From Octopus vulgaris (lineage: Eukaryota): a DNA stretch of 64,000 nt. The DNA lies in the NCBI GenBank assembly GCA_951406725.2, contig OX597823.1:41230001-41294000 (forward strand). Reading direction: 5' to 3'. This document shows, piece by piece, positions 24,818 to 39,427 of this stretch. The notes beneath the pieces are model-generated. The model was not told the origin of the DNA. It saw only the letters and a program-made list of their open reading frames with translations, and searched no databases. Within the stretch, counting starts at the first letter, position 1; each line of letters starts with the position of its first letter. The translations under genes were made by a program, and so were the position numbers.

Positions 24818-26823
24818 AATCCCATTGCATAGCACTTTGAGCAAGTATCTTCAATATCTTTAGGCCGACCAAAGACTGGTAGATGGAACCTGAAAGAAGC
24901 CTGTCATAAATACATATGTATATATGTGCGTGCGCGTGCCTTAGTTCTTCCTTCTCTGAACGTACGATCTCCGACCACAATATACGTTTTTCTTCTTCGA
25001 TAAAGCAAAACCTATGATTAAAAGTATTTCAGTCGTATGAGTCTCATCTTATTTTCTTGCGTAGTGTATATATTGTTTAAAGATTGGGTTGTTATTTCTA
25101 ATTTCTCAGTGATCACGTACAATTTCATTTATTGGTTTGTTTGTATGTCGTCTACATTTGCTGAACGATCTGTCGCTAATGTCCTATTTCATTTCCCTAT
25201 TAAATCAATTAAATGTCATGGATTTCTGTTAAATACCTGTGTATTTATTTTAATATCTACATCCCCTAATATGTACACGCAGGAAAGTTCCATTTAATAC
25301 ATTTGGAACCCGTGAAAAAATATGTATTTTTAAAAAATACACAAGATATTATATATTGAGAAACTGATATGCGTTTAACATATATATAGAACAATTATTT
25401 TTAAACGTATCGCCTTAAAAAATATGCGTTTTAACCATTTATTTGAATTCATCACCTCATCTCCTATATTCATAATCCTTATGTTACAACAGGGCTTCCA
25501 TACGTGATTTAAGCGAAATGTTTTCTTTAAGCGACCTTAAGCTTTTCTCTTTTGGGAATGTTTGAAGTTGAATAATTTAGAAGCAGAAGCTTTTCTTGTA
25601 ATTGGTTTGCTAAACGGATGAATAACTTCGGTGCAATGATATTTTCTCGGAAAATTTCCAGTTGTATACCCTCCAAATGCTTACAAAATTGGAAGAATAT
25701 TACCGCAGATATCCAGAAGTGTCTGGAAAGTCATTTGAAACGTTGAAGAATTCAGTCTTACGGCTGTCGTCTGATAAAAACAATGTTCATAAAGATAGAA
25801 ATAAAAATCACACATATTTACCAAACAAGTTTATTCAAGTGAGAACTAACAGATTTAGCGATTTCTTAATACAACCAAAGTCTAAAATTTTCTGTCTTTG
25901 TCCAAATAATCAACAAAACCTATACTTCATAAAAATGTGTTTCCCACACTTGGAAAAAAAAAGTAATCTTTTGTTTTTCTTTTGATTTGTAATCTTTATT
26001 TTACTGCCTTGGATATTTGTTGACACCCTGAATATTATATGTCCAGAAAAGATTTTATCACTTTTTAACGCCATAAGAATATCGTGGGACATATATATAT
26101 ATAAGCAAGTCACAATAAATGGCTCCAGAAAGTGTGTTTTCAAGTCAACATTTTATTTATTTCCGTTAATTTACTCAGTCAGAAAAGCTGTTAAATTTAC
26201 TCAAATCTGAATAATTTAGGAGTAGATTTTTCTCTATTAAACACCAGTCTGGTTGACATAAAGATGAACTTATATATAAAACATAGATAAATGTCGTGTC
26301 TGTCGTCTAATTTCGTGTTTGAGAGAGTGAGTAAAAGAGATATGACAATTGCATGTCTGCTGTTACCGTCTCCAAAAATGTGTGAGAAAGCGAAATAGAA
26401 TGACGGTAAATGTGAATGTATAGTTTAGTTAAGCTATACACAAAAACAACCAATACAAGAGTGTGGCGGTGTATTATTTAATGTTGCTTCTTTCAGCCAG
26501 ACAGTGTCAAGGAGATCACGATCGACCAGCTGAAGTCTCAGTTTCCTTTCAGGCCTAACTGGAAGTTCCGTTTTTTTTTTCTTGCTCACAAGCTAGTAGA
26601 CTCTACAGTCCTTGTGCAGTGCTCTACAAACGTGTGTGATTGAGACTAGTTTTCTTATACCCATTTCTTTATTGCCCACAAGGGGCTAAACATAGAGGGG
26701 ACAGACAAAGAGATTAAGTCGATTATATCGACCCCAGTGTGTAACTGGTACTTAATTTATCGACCCCGAAAGGATGAAAGGCAAAGTGGGTGCGCAAACA
26801 CAAGCATAAATACACACACAAAT

Positions 26824-26875
26824 TCTCTCTCTTTCTCTCTTTCTCTCTCTCTCTCCTTCTCTCTCTCTCTCTCTT

Positions 26876-26920
<45 letters not shown>
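26824..26920. repeat. (CT)n polypyrimidine microsatellite
   Basis: Directly visible; gives the ERERER and SLSLSL ORFs. Confidence 0.9.
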
Positions 26921-26924
<4 letters not shown>

Positions 26925-28089
26925 GCATATTTATATATAATATATATGTATGTGATGGGCTTCCACACAGTTTCTAATTACTAAATTCACTCACAAGGCA
27001 TTGGTCAGCATGGATCTATAATAGAAGTCAATTTCTCTAAGTGTCATGCATTGGAACTGAGCCGAAGACTATATGATTGCAACATGAATTTCTTAACCAC
27101 ACAGCTTTACTTGTGCTTATATACTTTTCAACTCTGGAACTTCTATGTGGTCATTTACTTTGCTAAAAATAGCAGAAAAATCTCCATCAAATCACATCTT
27201 ACCAATATGAAAAGGAAAAGCACATCAGGTAATTTGGTCCACAATACACTCTGTCTAACAGAAAAGATGAGATAGTCAGAAATGAACACTTTTGTGCTGG
27301 CCTGACCTGGAGCTAGAAAGCAAAAATAAATACCTAAGATGAATGTTCAGTTATATTATTGCACATAGTAATGGATGATATACATTCTTCTTCATAGTAT
27401 TGTTGTCTTACTCAGAGAAAAAAGAATTATTCCATTCTTCTTAGTCTTCTATTATGATTCCATTCACTCCAAGGATTCTTTCATAGAATGTTTCTCGGAA
27501 GCTATTATATGTCTGATATTTGTTAAAGAAATTGAGATGATGTTTCATATATGTGTGAATTGACTAGACTGATGCTTTATTTCCTAAAGTTTAATAAAAA
27601 GAAAAATTTAATCAAAAATGGAAAACTGTTCATTGCCAAGATAAAGAAATTGGATTAAGATTATAAAATGGAAGCAGCATTTATTTTATTTAAAAAATTT
27701 TTTCCCCCTATTCAGAAGAAGAAATGTGTTAAATGCTGTACATCTTTTTTCTTCTGGTTAGGCTTTTAACTATTGGAAGTTCTATATTCTAAATGGAACT
27801 GTCTCAGATTCTTATGATCACAGTGTAAATTTCTCAAATATTTCTCAATATTCTGTCCTCTGTGTTTTTAAACTAGTTGAAATAAATGGTATTTTTTTAA
27901 AAAACTTATTCATTTTCTAACCTCACACCCATAAAAGACACACTAAGTGCATAAGATATAAAGGATAGTAATAATAACAAAAAGAAAAAAAACTACCCTA
28001 GAACATGTGACTATTCCAGCAACATTAAATATATGATCATATAAGATGATATCAGATTCCCTTCTTTGTTTTACTGTTATTATTATTAC

Positions 28090-28135
<46 letters not shown>

Positions 28136-28178
28136 GTTGTTGTTGTTGTTGTTATTATCATTATTGTTGGTGAAATTC

Positions 28179-28276
28179 CTAACAGTACTACTTTTTTCTA
28201 TTTTCAGGTAAGTGAATTTTTAGAAGATGACTTTTGGTATTGATTTAAACCTGGTGACAGAAATAAATTGGTGAGC
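28179..28276 (+). promoter_or_regulatory. candidate recursive splice site (branch point, polyY, CAG|GTAAGT) with downstream donor defining a 63-nt RS-exon
   Basis: CTAAC at 28179-28183, CTTTTTTCTATTTTCAG ending 28207, GTAAGT at 28208-28213, and a second donor TTG|GTGAGC at 28270/28271. Confidence 0.5.
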
Positions 28277-29969
28277 AATATCTCTTTTGTGTGTATGTGT
28301 GTGAATATATGTATGCATGTGTGTGTGCATGTGTACACAGAAACACCTGTGTCTACGTGTTTGTTTTTTTACTTCTTGTATTAACATAACTGTGGTAATA
28401 TTCTGTTTGCAAATGAAATCTCTTAGATTTCAATCACCAGACTGGATTGTCTCACTTAAGCAGTAAATACCCAAATGCTGCAATATGATTTCAACTTTCA
28501 GGGAAGGACCTGCTATTGGAACTTTTTATCTCTTTCTTGGGACCAATAAAAGAAGGATTCATTCAGTACAATATCCAAGGGTTCAAAAAAATGAAGAAGG
28601 TGCCAATCATTACCTCCAGGCCTCCCTAAAAAGAAAAGAAGTCATTGCTTTCTTTGAATATTGTGTCCACCTCTTTCTCCTTCACTTCTTGGGGCCATAA
28701 AATATTTTCTTCCTTTTGCTAAATTACTCTTGCATTCTTTGTTTATTTGTTTTGCTAAATATTAATGATTTAATGCTGATGAACAGTGCCATCAACAACA
28801 TTTCTATTCTTATTTGTACTTATTAAATTTCTTTATTATTAATTCCAAAATCACAAACTATAGCAATGGATATGGTTTGGTGCCACGCACTATTTTATTT
28901 CCTGGCCCCTATATTTTTAGTTTGATTCTTTATTGATTGAGTTTAGTTTTCATTCCTCCAAAATCAATGAAATAAATGCTTGGTATGGACTAAGATTATT
29001 TTATTCTATTCCAATATAAACTACCCCTAAAATGTTGTGGGTGTCTGCAAATCTAGAGAATCTGTATTTGTTGAAAATACATTTAAAAATTTAATGAAAC
29101 AGACGAAAACAAATTTTTAATTCTATCAGATCAATATATGAAAATATAGCTAATGTTTAAAACATATTTGCATGCTTAAAAGATAATTAGTGTTGGTGTT
29201 AAAATTATAACTATTTGTGATTGACATCAAAATAACTGTATCGGGGATTAAATGTTCCCAGCTCAACTTGCATCACATGACATATAGATGTAGAATAGAA
29301 ACAACTACCACTCATAAATAACTACTTTTCCAGAAGTATCATTCTTTAAGACTGTATTAAATGTTAAATATACTTGCTCATATCTCTTTGGTCGTTATGC
29401 TGTATGTTGTTTTCAGAATAATCCTATTTAATTTAAATATTTAAATATCCTCTTTATGTTTGCAATTCATGAGATAACATAACAATAAATAAAAAATGCA
29501 ATAAAAACTCAACAAACATTAAATAGTTTAATAGAGATTCATTGTTTGTTTGTGTGTGTGTATCATATATCCCAGTTGTGAGATTCCATTATGTTCTATT
29601 AATTAATTACTTTAATGTTATAGATTTTACCCAAACAGCTGACAAAGCCACCAAGTGAACATTCTGTAACATCATATAAAGAATATATAAGCTACAGGCG
29701 TTACAATACCAACATAGTCATGTATTGATCTGCAGTGTGTCTATTCTTTAAAATAACAGTAAAATCTCTCAAATTATACCTTACTGCACTATTAAAAATC
29801 ACATAAGTTAGTGCAATCTTTGGTGCACTATACTGAGGGGGAAAAAAAGCCCCAATGATGGCTGGATTGTTTTTAGCCATAGATCTGCTGGAAAGGGGCT
29901 GGTGTAGGAATAAAAAATAACAGTAACTGTTATGCCAAGGGCCAGAAAGATAAACACCAATCACACTTA

Positions 29970-30190
29970 ATAGAATTCACGGAAAGGTTCCTGGCCTTGG
30001 ATAAAAGAAAATACAGGAGTATCAGTTGATTATAATTTTATTCAACATTTTCCCCTTTCAGATTCACACACTTATTGCAGTGGTCCTTCAATTATTCTAA
30101 GCCCTGTAAAAGAACTCAGAAGAGTTTGGGCCTCCAGCCTGGCCTTTCATGATACACTTAAAGCTAGTAACTTTTCAGCACCACTTTGTG
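29970..30190. mobile_element. mariner-type MITE remnant
   Basis: Degenerate TIRs GGAAAGGTTCCTGGCCTT (left) and AAAGCTAGTAACTTTTCAGCACC (right). Confidence 0.5.
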
Positions 30191-30861
30191 TGTTCTTGAT
30201 GCAAACAATTTGCAGATGAACCATACTTAATCATGAAATACTTACAAACCATGACATCACTCTACATATATAATCTCAGTTACACACAAGGCCATCTATC
30301 TTTTTATTACTATACAAATGCCAATATATCTAAGACTCAGCAGATATTTTTAAAAAGGATTATGACCAAGAGATGGTGGTTAGGAAGCTGAGACCCTCAC
30401 AACAATGAAGGGAAAGTAGGGAAATAAAAATAATGCATTGAGTTACGATGGCCCTGTTGAAAAATTTTTTAGGCATACAGTAAATCTAGGACAAGTTGGT
30501 TTAATGGAGTCCATCCTTCTTCCTTCTTTTTGCTAAACTTTCAGATGGAGTGGAACTCAGCAATATGAGCTAAAGAATCACTAATGAACTACACAGTGGT
30601 GATATTGTGGTTACAAATTCGTTCTAGTTTCAGCTTTTGATGTCTAATTGTAGATAGATTGTAACAGAGTTAGGAGCTTTAGTTGAAGATGCACTGCAGT
30701 AAAGCAATAACAGAATGTGAACTGTTGGCTCCTCAGATAATTTAGTACCCAGGGAACAGCTACAGCAACTGATAAACTGGGAAGTAGAAAGATAAACACC
30801 AAATATAAATACTTGTCAGAATTCATGTTTTCCTTACACAAACAATGTACTCTGATAAGCA

Positions 30862-31061
30862 TATATGAATGTAGAACTACAAATATATGTTTCTGTGAAG
30901 GAGAAAAAAGAGAAACTGATTGATAAAGAGACAGACAGTCATACATATTCAGATTATAAATTTATGAAACATAGATAAAAGGAATTAGCTCTAAGGCAGC
31001 ACGTTTGTAACATAGTGTAATTAAATCAGCAACCAAATTCTGTGAGATTTGTTGACCCAAA

Positions 31062-31096
<35 letters not shown>

Positions 31097-31451
31097 CTAT
31101 TGGTATTGCATTCATCTCACTATATCATTCGGTCAGCATGGAGCCCTCAAATAGTTCAGTACTCTGGGATGTGTATATGAATGTATAGGTACAAATGCAT
31201 GTTTCTATGCAGCAGAGAAAGAGAGAGACATTCATTACTGCATTATAAAGGAATATAATTTTCAAGTAGCAAGTTCATAACAGTGTAATTAAATCAACAA
31301 TGAAATCCTGTGAGATTTATCCCTTTACTGTAATTAAATTTTGATCTATCTCTTGAGCCTATATATATATATATATATATAAATGTATGTATGTATGTTG
31401 ACATATCTACTCCTATTGGTAATGCACTCATCTGTTCATAGCATTAGGTCA
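30862..31451. repeat. old tandem duplication (unit about 310 bp)
   Basis: The blocks TATATGAATGTA..TACAAAT..ATGTTTCT, AGTGTAATTAAATCA.CAA..AAAT.CTGTGAGATTT and TCCTATTGGTA.TGCA.TCATCT each occur twice in the same order. Confidence 0.7.
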
Positions 31452-32801
31452 ATATTTCATTTTAGTTTTTTTTTATTGGCATCAAAATTCTCATATTTTT
31501 TCTGTTTTGGGTAAATATATTGCTCTCTGATGTGGCATATTGATATATTGAATATGAAAAAACAAACTTTTGTGTGGATGTATGAGTTAATTTTTGCTGA
31601 CAATGTTCTGTGAAATATGAATTATAACATCAAAAATAGCAAAAAATTCCTCTGAGAATGTAACTTCCTGACAATTCAACATATCTGATGACATTTTATT
31701 TTTCAGATTTTTATCTTTGTCTATGGTATAGCTATCAACACTAAGATATGGTGTTTCTCATGTTATAATCCAAATATATTGTATTTCTGACAATGTTATG
31801 TGAAAAAATTTACACCAAGATAATTTCCTTACTCAATTATTAGTTTCTGACGAAAATATGTTCTATAGGAACTACAAAACTTTCATGAGATGAGCTGACT
31901 TGTCATAACATTACATAAATACATGGTAGTGAGCATTAGACTTTTGAAAATACTTTTAAAAAATGCCACCCTTCTCATCGGTCATATATTTGATTTGTGG
32001 CAATATTCTCAGAAAAATAAATGACAGAAATAAATATTGATAAAATGAATTTATATAATTTATATAAATTTCCTTTTACTTAAAATAAAGGATATTTAAT
32101 AAATCTTTGAAGAATCATATTGTTAGGAAAAAAATCTGATCAGCCAAAATTCTTAGAATTTAGTCTTCAACAATGTAAAATATTCAGTGAGTTGCTTAGT
32201 AAAAAATGATATGAGATTATAATGGGAATCAAAAAAAAAAAAAAAAGGCGAAAAACACTTTTATCTAAAATAATTTAGCCTTCAGTAACTGAAATATCAG
32301 ACTATTTCTGATCAAGGGACATGATCAAGAAAAACATGAATAAGTAAATAGGCAAATAGATAAATATATGAATTATATATATATATGAATTATATAATTC
32401 TTTTAAAGGCAGCCATGATTTTTGTTCATATTTTATTTGTTTTTACTTAAACTTCCGTTACATAGACAAAGTTTGAAGAGCAGATATTTAAAATAAATCC
32501 AACAGTATCACAACCATCAACTGTAATAGCAATCATAATAATAATAATAATATTAATCATAAGGGTTGCAATAAAAAAAACAACTGTTAACGTTTGACTG
32601 TTATCAATTGAAATACTTTTATATCAGGTTTTTCTAAAAAAAGCTTCTTACATTCTGAAATCATTATTATTATTTCATAAAATATTAGTCTAGCTCTGTT
32701 GCAAAGGGAAGAAGTATTTACTATTTATGTCCAAGGATACGTTTTGTATGTGCAGCATGTGTGTGTTTCACTGGATGATGTTTCATACGCACTCACACTC
32801 A

Positions 32802-32804
<3 letters not shown>

Positions 32805-32838
<34 letters not shown>

Positions 32839-32965
32839 ATTATATATAATTCATTATATATCTGTAATATGTATATATATATATATATAATTCATTATAT
32901 ATATGTAATATATATATATGTATATATAGTACATTATATATATATATAGTTCATTATGTATATGT

Positions 32966-33015
<50 letters not shown>

Positions 33016-33195
33016 CATTATATATATGTAATACATTATATATATATATATATATTTATAGTAGATTATATATATATATGATTCATTATATATAAATATA
33101 TAATGCATTATATATATACTACATTATATATATATATATATATACATTATATATATAATACATTACATATATATGATACATTATATATAAACATT
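32805..33195. repeat. long compound (TA)n low-complexity tract
   Basis: Directly visible, with recurring ATTCATTATATATA and TACATTATATA spacers. Confidence 0.9.
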
Positions 33196-35350
33196 CATAC
33201 TGTAAACTACATGCAAATGTATATTTGTAACATGGTTAAATCAATGCTAAATTTAGAAAAAGAATACAGGCAAAATTTATTAGCATATGTACTTGTATAC
33301 ATTCATGAGTACATGTAGACATACATATAAACATGTGCATGTATACATGTGTACACTTGACCCCAATTTCATTTGCTTCTTCTGCATTTTGTCATAAAAT
33401 ATTGCAAGGATCATGGTTAGCTCATTTTGTTGTTATACAGTTTGACTATTGATCTGTATTCACTGAAAGTTTAAAAAATATATAGAGAGAGAGACTGATG
33501 TATCTTCTGTAAAATTTGTTTGGTTTTCTTCTGGTTGTGTGTGTGTGTAGTTATGTGTACACATGGGGATAAGTTTCTACCAACCTTCAAAGTTTGAGAT
33601 GCATCTGTTGAAGAACACTGACTGACTTGTTCTAGTGCTAGGCTGAGAATAAATGAAAATATTTGATCAAAATTTTTTTCCTCTTGCAATATTACTTTTT
33701 TGTTTATTTCTTCTTTCATTTTGCCTAGTGAAAGCAATTGATAATAATAAGCATGCACAAAATAATAAGATAAATAGTTGAACTAATACATATATGATAA
33801 CCATGATCTTAGTGAAGTACCTCTAATATACTAAAGGAACCTAGTTTATTTGTCCAAATTTGATTAAAGATGTTACTCTCTTATGAGCAAATGAAGCTTT
33901 CTTCCTTCCTTCTTTCTTCCCTTTTCTTTTTCTTTTTCTTTCTCTCTTTTTCTCTTTTTTAATGTCTACTTTTTCCATGCTTCCATGAGTCAGACAAGAG
34001 TACATTAAAACAGAGTTTTTCTACAGCCAGCTGCCCCTCTTGTTACCAACTCCATTTTTTTCCAAGTGAAGTAATACTCTCTCAGTCTGTTCAACAAATA
34101 ACCTGGACGTTATTTTTTATGTTGGGGAACGGGAAACAAACAACACTTTATGAAGGAGCCTTTTGTTTTCAAACATCACACAACATATCAAGACATGCCA
34201 GTGAGACCAGATATCCTCCTTTGTTGGACTGCAAGCTGATGTCACTGGCACAAATCTATTGTTTACAAAGCAATGATCATGAGGGAAGCCATGTGACAGG
34301 TTCCTTCAGTTTCCATCTACAATTCCATTCAGAAGTTTTTGGTTTGTCCAGGGCTATAAGAGAAGACATTTGCCCAAGGTGTCATGTTGTGGGACTGAAC
34401 CCCAAAACCACATGGTTGGGAAGTGTAATTGCCATGTTGTGTGTGTGTATGAGTATTTTACAGTTCTTGTTTTGCATGAAAAGCATTGAACTAAAAATGA
34501 CAGTGCTAGTTGATATTACTTGTAGAAAATAAAGCATTGTCTAGCTATGCAATTTTGAAGATGAGTGGAATAAGGAATCCTTTACTTATATGAAACAAGT
34601 AAGGATTAGCGACAGGAAGGGCATCCAGCTGTAAAACAATACTTCAATAATATGTATGTATTTGTCCATCTTTATGTTTTGAGTTCATCTACCACTGAAG
34701 TTTTGATCGACCCAGGGCTATAGTTCAAGACACTTAAGGTGCCATACCTGTGCCTGTATGACATATGTAATACAATTTCAATCACTCTCACCCTCATCAC
34801 TATGTGAGATTATATTCCCAGGGCTTCACATCAGAATCTGTCTCTAGATTGGGTAGTGTTGTATAGTTTTCTTATATTGGGTTAAACATTTGATAATAAT
34901 TGTCTCATTACATCTTGGTTACTATGTACTAGCTTCAACTGTTAGTGGAAATTGACTTCAGATAGACTATCATTTTATCTATATAAACCAACATTAATTC
35001 ACTGAGCCATTGTAGTTTGCTGAAAGCCTTATCTACATACAGACAAACAGATATAAACACAATGTCCACACAGACAAACAGATAAACACAAACACATATA
35101 GACTGTTAATCAGTGGTATAATAGTATCTTATCCAAGGATGGGAGAGGTCATTTGTCTTTTCTTCTATTTCATGCTTCAGCAAAAGCCAGTGTTAAGTAG
35201 CAGCCAGTTCTATGAACCATTGTAGCCTGGTGAAAAGGATTAACTTAACTCACAATCACCAGACAAATCAAAATGGCTGTAATAAAATTTTGATAAAGTC
35301 ATTTAAAGTCTCAATATTGCTTATTGCTAAAATGGTTCTTTCAAGCTGAA

Positions 35351-35381
<31 letters not shown>

Positions 35382-35699
35382 GTAAATAAAGTAAAAGAAC
35401 AAAAAAAAAATAGGAATAACAAATAGTTGGTGCATTTTGTAATTTTCTATTTCTCACATTGAATAAAGAATGAGGGGAAAAAAGATTCTGAATTTCATTT
35501 GTTAAATTTTCACTTTTTGTATTTGCTAAAATATTTATTTTATTTTATTAGACTTTATTTTATTTTAATTTGTTTTATTTTATTTTACAAATCTGCTTGA
35601 TTCCTATTATCCTCCTTCATAAAAGTAAGTTTATTTTATGTATCTATGGAATTCATAAAGTATTAGATATTTAATGCCATAATTTTCAGGAGAAAGTAG

Positions 35700-35735
<36 letters not shown>

Positions 35736-36808
35736 ATGCATATACATATCAAACACACGCACACATACACACACGCACACATACACACACGCACACATAT
35801 GTATATTGAAATTACAAAGTTGTATGAATAGCATTGAGGTTGATTGGAAGAAGGCACAAAGAATAAAATGATGGGAAAAAATACTAAGTTTTGATTGGTT
35901 AGTGTGTGGGTTAGCTAAATATATATTGTGAATTGTAAATTTTGTGTGAATGCAGTATTGATATAAGGGTAAAATTATAGAGAAAAGAAACGACTAAGAA
36001 AGAAAGAAATACAGAGAAAAAATATATATATATATATTTAAAAAGATATTCAGTGTGATGTACAATTTATATAATATTGAGTTTTTTGGGAAAGCAGGAA
36101 TCTCAAATCTTGCTTCCTCAATAGATGAGTGCATATACATGTAGTCTTGTTTATCACTGATGTCTTCAATGCTGAACCAGGATAACATGATATGCTCAAT
36201 TGTGAATCATGTTACACCTACCACAGACTGATGTATGATAAACCAGGTTGATGATCAGTCGAACATTCTGTTTTTACCATAAAAATGTTTCCCACTGACC
36301 ACCCACACTGCTCAGTTACCCAGAATGCACTGACTGTCACTTGTGTTCATGTGATCACACAGTCAAGCTGTGTATTTTTTTTATATAGTTGTACATATGA
36401 GCATGGGACCAATGAACAGAAAAAAAAATTACAAAGGTGTTTGATCCCTACAAAGGATACAGATGGGGGTATCAAGGTAGAAATGATCAAGAAAATATGT
36501 GATGGTAGAAGCTTCACTGCTGTGAGCTAAGAGTTTAGTGTCAATGAATCTACCATGCTTTCCTTTTACAAAGTATGTGGTGATGATTCATTTATCACTG
36601 CTTCTTGGTACTAAAAATCCCTTTCCTGTGGTAGAGGAAAAATATATTGTGAAATTTTATGATATTTTAGGCTACAGGAAACTTGAAGTTTACATGAAAT
36701 CAGAATAAATGAATTTGGGAATTTGGGACATTGTTACCTTTCCTATGGAATTAATACTTTTACAGCAACACATCAATAATAGTAATATTGTATAATACAA
36801 TGTATACA

Positions 36809-37163
36809 GGCACAGGCATGGCTGTGTAGTAAGAAGCTTACTTCCAAACCACATGTTTTCTGGTTCAATTCCACTGTGTGGCACCTTCAGCAAGTGTCTT
36901 CTACTATAACCTCGGTCTCACCTAAGGTGTGTGTGTGTGTGTGTGAGAGTGTCTGTATTTGTCCCTCACCACCAACTGACAACTGGAGTTGGTTTGTTTA
37001 TGTCCCCATAATTTAGTGGTTCAGCAAAAGAAACTGATAGAATATATACCAGGTTTGAAAAAAAAAAAAAAAATCACCGGGGTCAGTTCATTTGACTAAA
37101 CATTCAAGGTGGTGCTCCATTATGGCTGCAGTCTAATGACTGAAACAAGTAAAAGATAAAAGA
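36809..37163 (+). mobile_element. near full-length tRNA-derived SINE with CORE-like domain and internal (GT)n
   Basis: GGCACAGGCATGGCTGTGTAGTAAGAAGCTT...GGTTCAATTCCACTG (A and B boxes), then CACCTTCAGCAAGTGTCTTCTACTATA, and a tail ending GAAACAAGTAAAAGATAAAAGA. Confidence 0.85.
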
Positions 37164-38559
37164 ATGTGCTTGTTTCAATTGTTGGAGTACTGGCTTCTTG
37201 AGCAGGTATTCAGTTAAACCTTACCATACATAATGTATTGTAGCTTTCATTATCTGTCTTGTGGGCAAAAATGATAATGTCAGAGCAATTTCATTGCACT
37301 GTTTGTCCCAGCCCTTTGTTCTGAGTTCAAATCCTGCCAAGGTCAACTTTGCCTTTCAGGGTTCATATAAAAATTAAGGGTCAAGTATACTAACTCACTC
37401 CTCCAAAATTTCAAGCCTTGTGCCTATTTACAGTTACCTACTTACTAATAGGAATGACGAAATCAGTGGTGTAAATCTAAATAGTATAGAATATTCTATT
37501 TTGCAAAGCATACCCTCTGATTGGTTGTATAGAAAAATAAAATTGAAAATAGCTGTATGCATACTTACATACGAAAATAGAAGCAAAGATGTTTCAGTTT
37601 TTAAGTCTTTCATACTGTCTTCTCTCTCTCTCTCCCATCCTATATAAACATAATACTACTTGAAGCATATTTAATATTGTTCAGGAGTCACATATATTTA
37701 TTTCAATTGTTTACTATCCATCACTTCAGAACATTGTGAAAAATAGTGTCTGTCTGTCTGTCTGTCTATGTTTATCACAATAATATTATTTCATGTTTAC
37801 ATTGTGATGAGGCTGATGAAATGTTTGATTTCTGATGTATGACGTCTTATCTATTTTGTTGTAAAAACTCCATGTTTCTACAATAAAATAGCTGTGCATG
37901 TGTGTAAATAAGACAAAGAGAAAATAATGGAAAACAAATTTGATACTCATTGGAAGAGAAACTTTAGTTTCCAACCCATGCTAGCATGGAAAACAGACGT
38001 TAAACGATGATGATGATGATGATGGTGATGATGATTTAAAAGAGACTAGAAAAACATTGATTTATGTTTTTTATTTGCATTTCTTTAGAGACTACCCTCG
38101 TATCTTGGTCCTTATTCAGATAATTTTATGGCTGTTTTAAGTTTTTCAGTAAAATGATCTTTAGAAATGAATACTGACAAGACAGACAAAGAAAATTAAA
38201 GTTTTGATTCAAAAAAGGTTAAAAAGCCATGGTGGGTTACATTGGATGTATTTACGAAATAAAAAATAATGATTTAGATATCAAAGTGTGTCAGTAATGG
38301 TTTGTAAATTCTCACTCATACATATGTTTATTCACATAAGTATTAAATTCTTATATGTGGGCTTTGCATATTTACCTGTCTGTCTGCTTGATTTTACTCT
38401 TGTTGTTCCCCCCCACCCATGCTAACAAGGGGAAACAAATATATTATCGAAGTAATGGTTTATTGCAAAATGGCTTTCCTACCACCCCATCATAAACTTT
38501 TTGCTTCCAGGTTTTCCTCTCATGTAATATGTCTTTCCATTTCTGTCCTGAAATCTCAC

Positions 38560-39396
38560 AGATATCAAGTGATTCCTTTCAGGTTGTCCTTGAATCACAT
38601 TCTTGGCGTATGTTGTGGATGAGTGCCTTTTTGACAGTTTGCCATACCACATTTGCTTGAGAATTCTAGTCATCAAGACACACAACATACAGCAACAGTG
38701 GATGTGGGCCTCAATACTTACTGCATTGGCTCTTTCAAAACTATCTGTGTCAGGGGTATGAGTTCCCTGGTGGATACCCAGGAGGTTTCTCAAAAATGAC
38801 TCATGGAAGTGCTAAGATGTTTTTAGGTGATGGTGGTACTCTATCCATGTTTCACATGAAAATAATAGGCATGTCATTGTGCAGTTGGTGTTATTTTTCA
38901 AGGCTCTCTGGTACCAGACATGACCTTCAAAGCAGCAAAGGCATCAGTGGCCTTTTTACATTCAAGCAGTGATCTTATCATCTAAAGAACAGTATTGGTT
39001 GACAATGCTACCCAATTATGTAAAATTATCAACCACCTTCATTTTGTAGCCATCAACATGGCTGGCTTTATGCATGACGATCCAGGCACAGGCTGGTATA
39101 TTACAGCAGTTTTGTCAAGGCTAGTGGCGAGGCCAAAGGCTTTGCAGGAGAGTGAAAGTTTTGCATCCCTGTATAGTGTATGACACAAGGCACACTCGTC
39201 AGCATACAAGAGGTCATGCATCAAACACTGGGGAGTCTTTGTTATCGAAAAATCGACCTGATATATATTGTATAACACACTCTTGTTGAAGTCCTTTAAA
39301 ATGTGCAGGAAAACCATAGAGAAGAAGACCTTGAATAGTGTTGGGGAAACAAGGTCACCCTGTGTGAAACCTGACACATCTAAGAAAATCCAATTA

Positions 39397-39427
<31 letters not shown>

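Noticed and set aside
25662-25985. 107-aa non-repetitive ORF
   Set aside because: It has a non-ATG start, no recognisable domain and no flanking splice signals; its length is within chance expectation.
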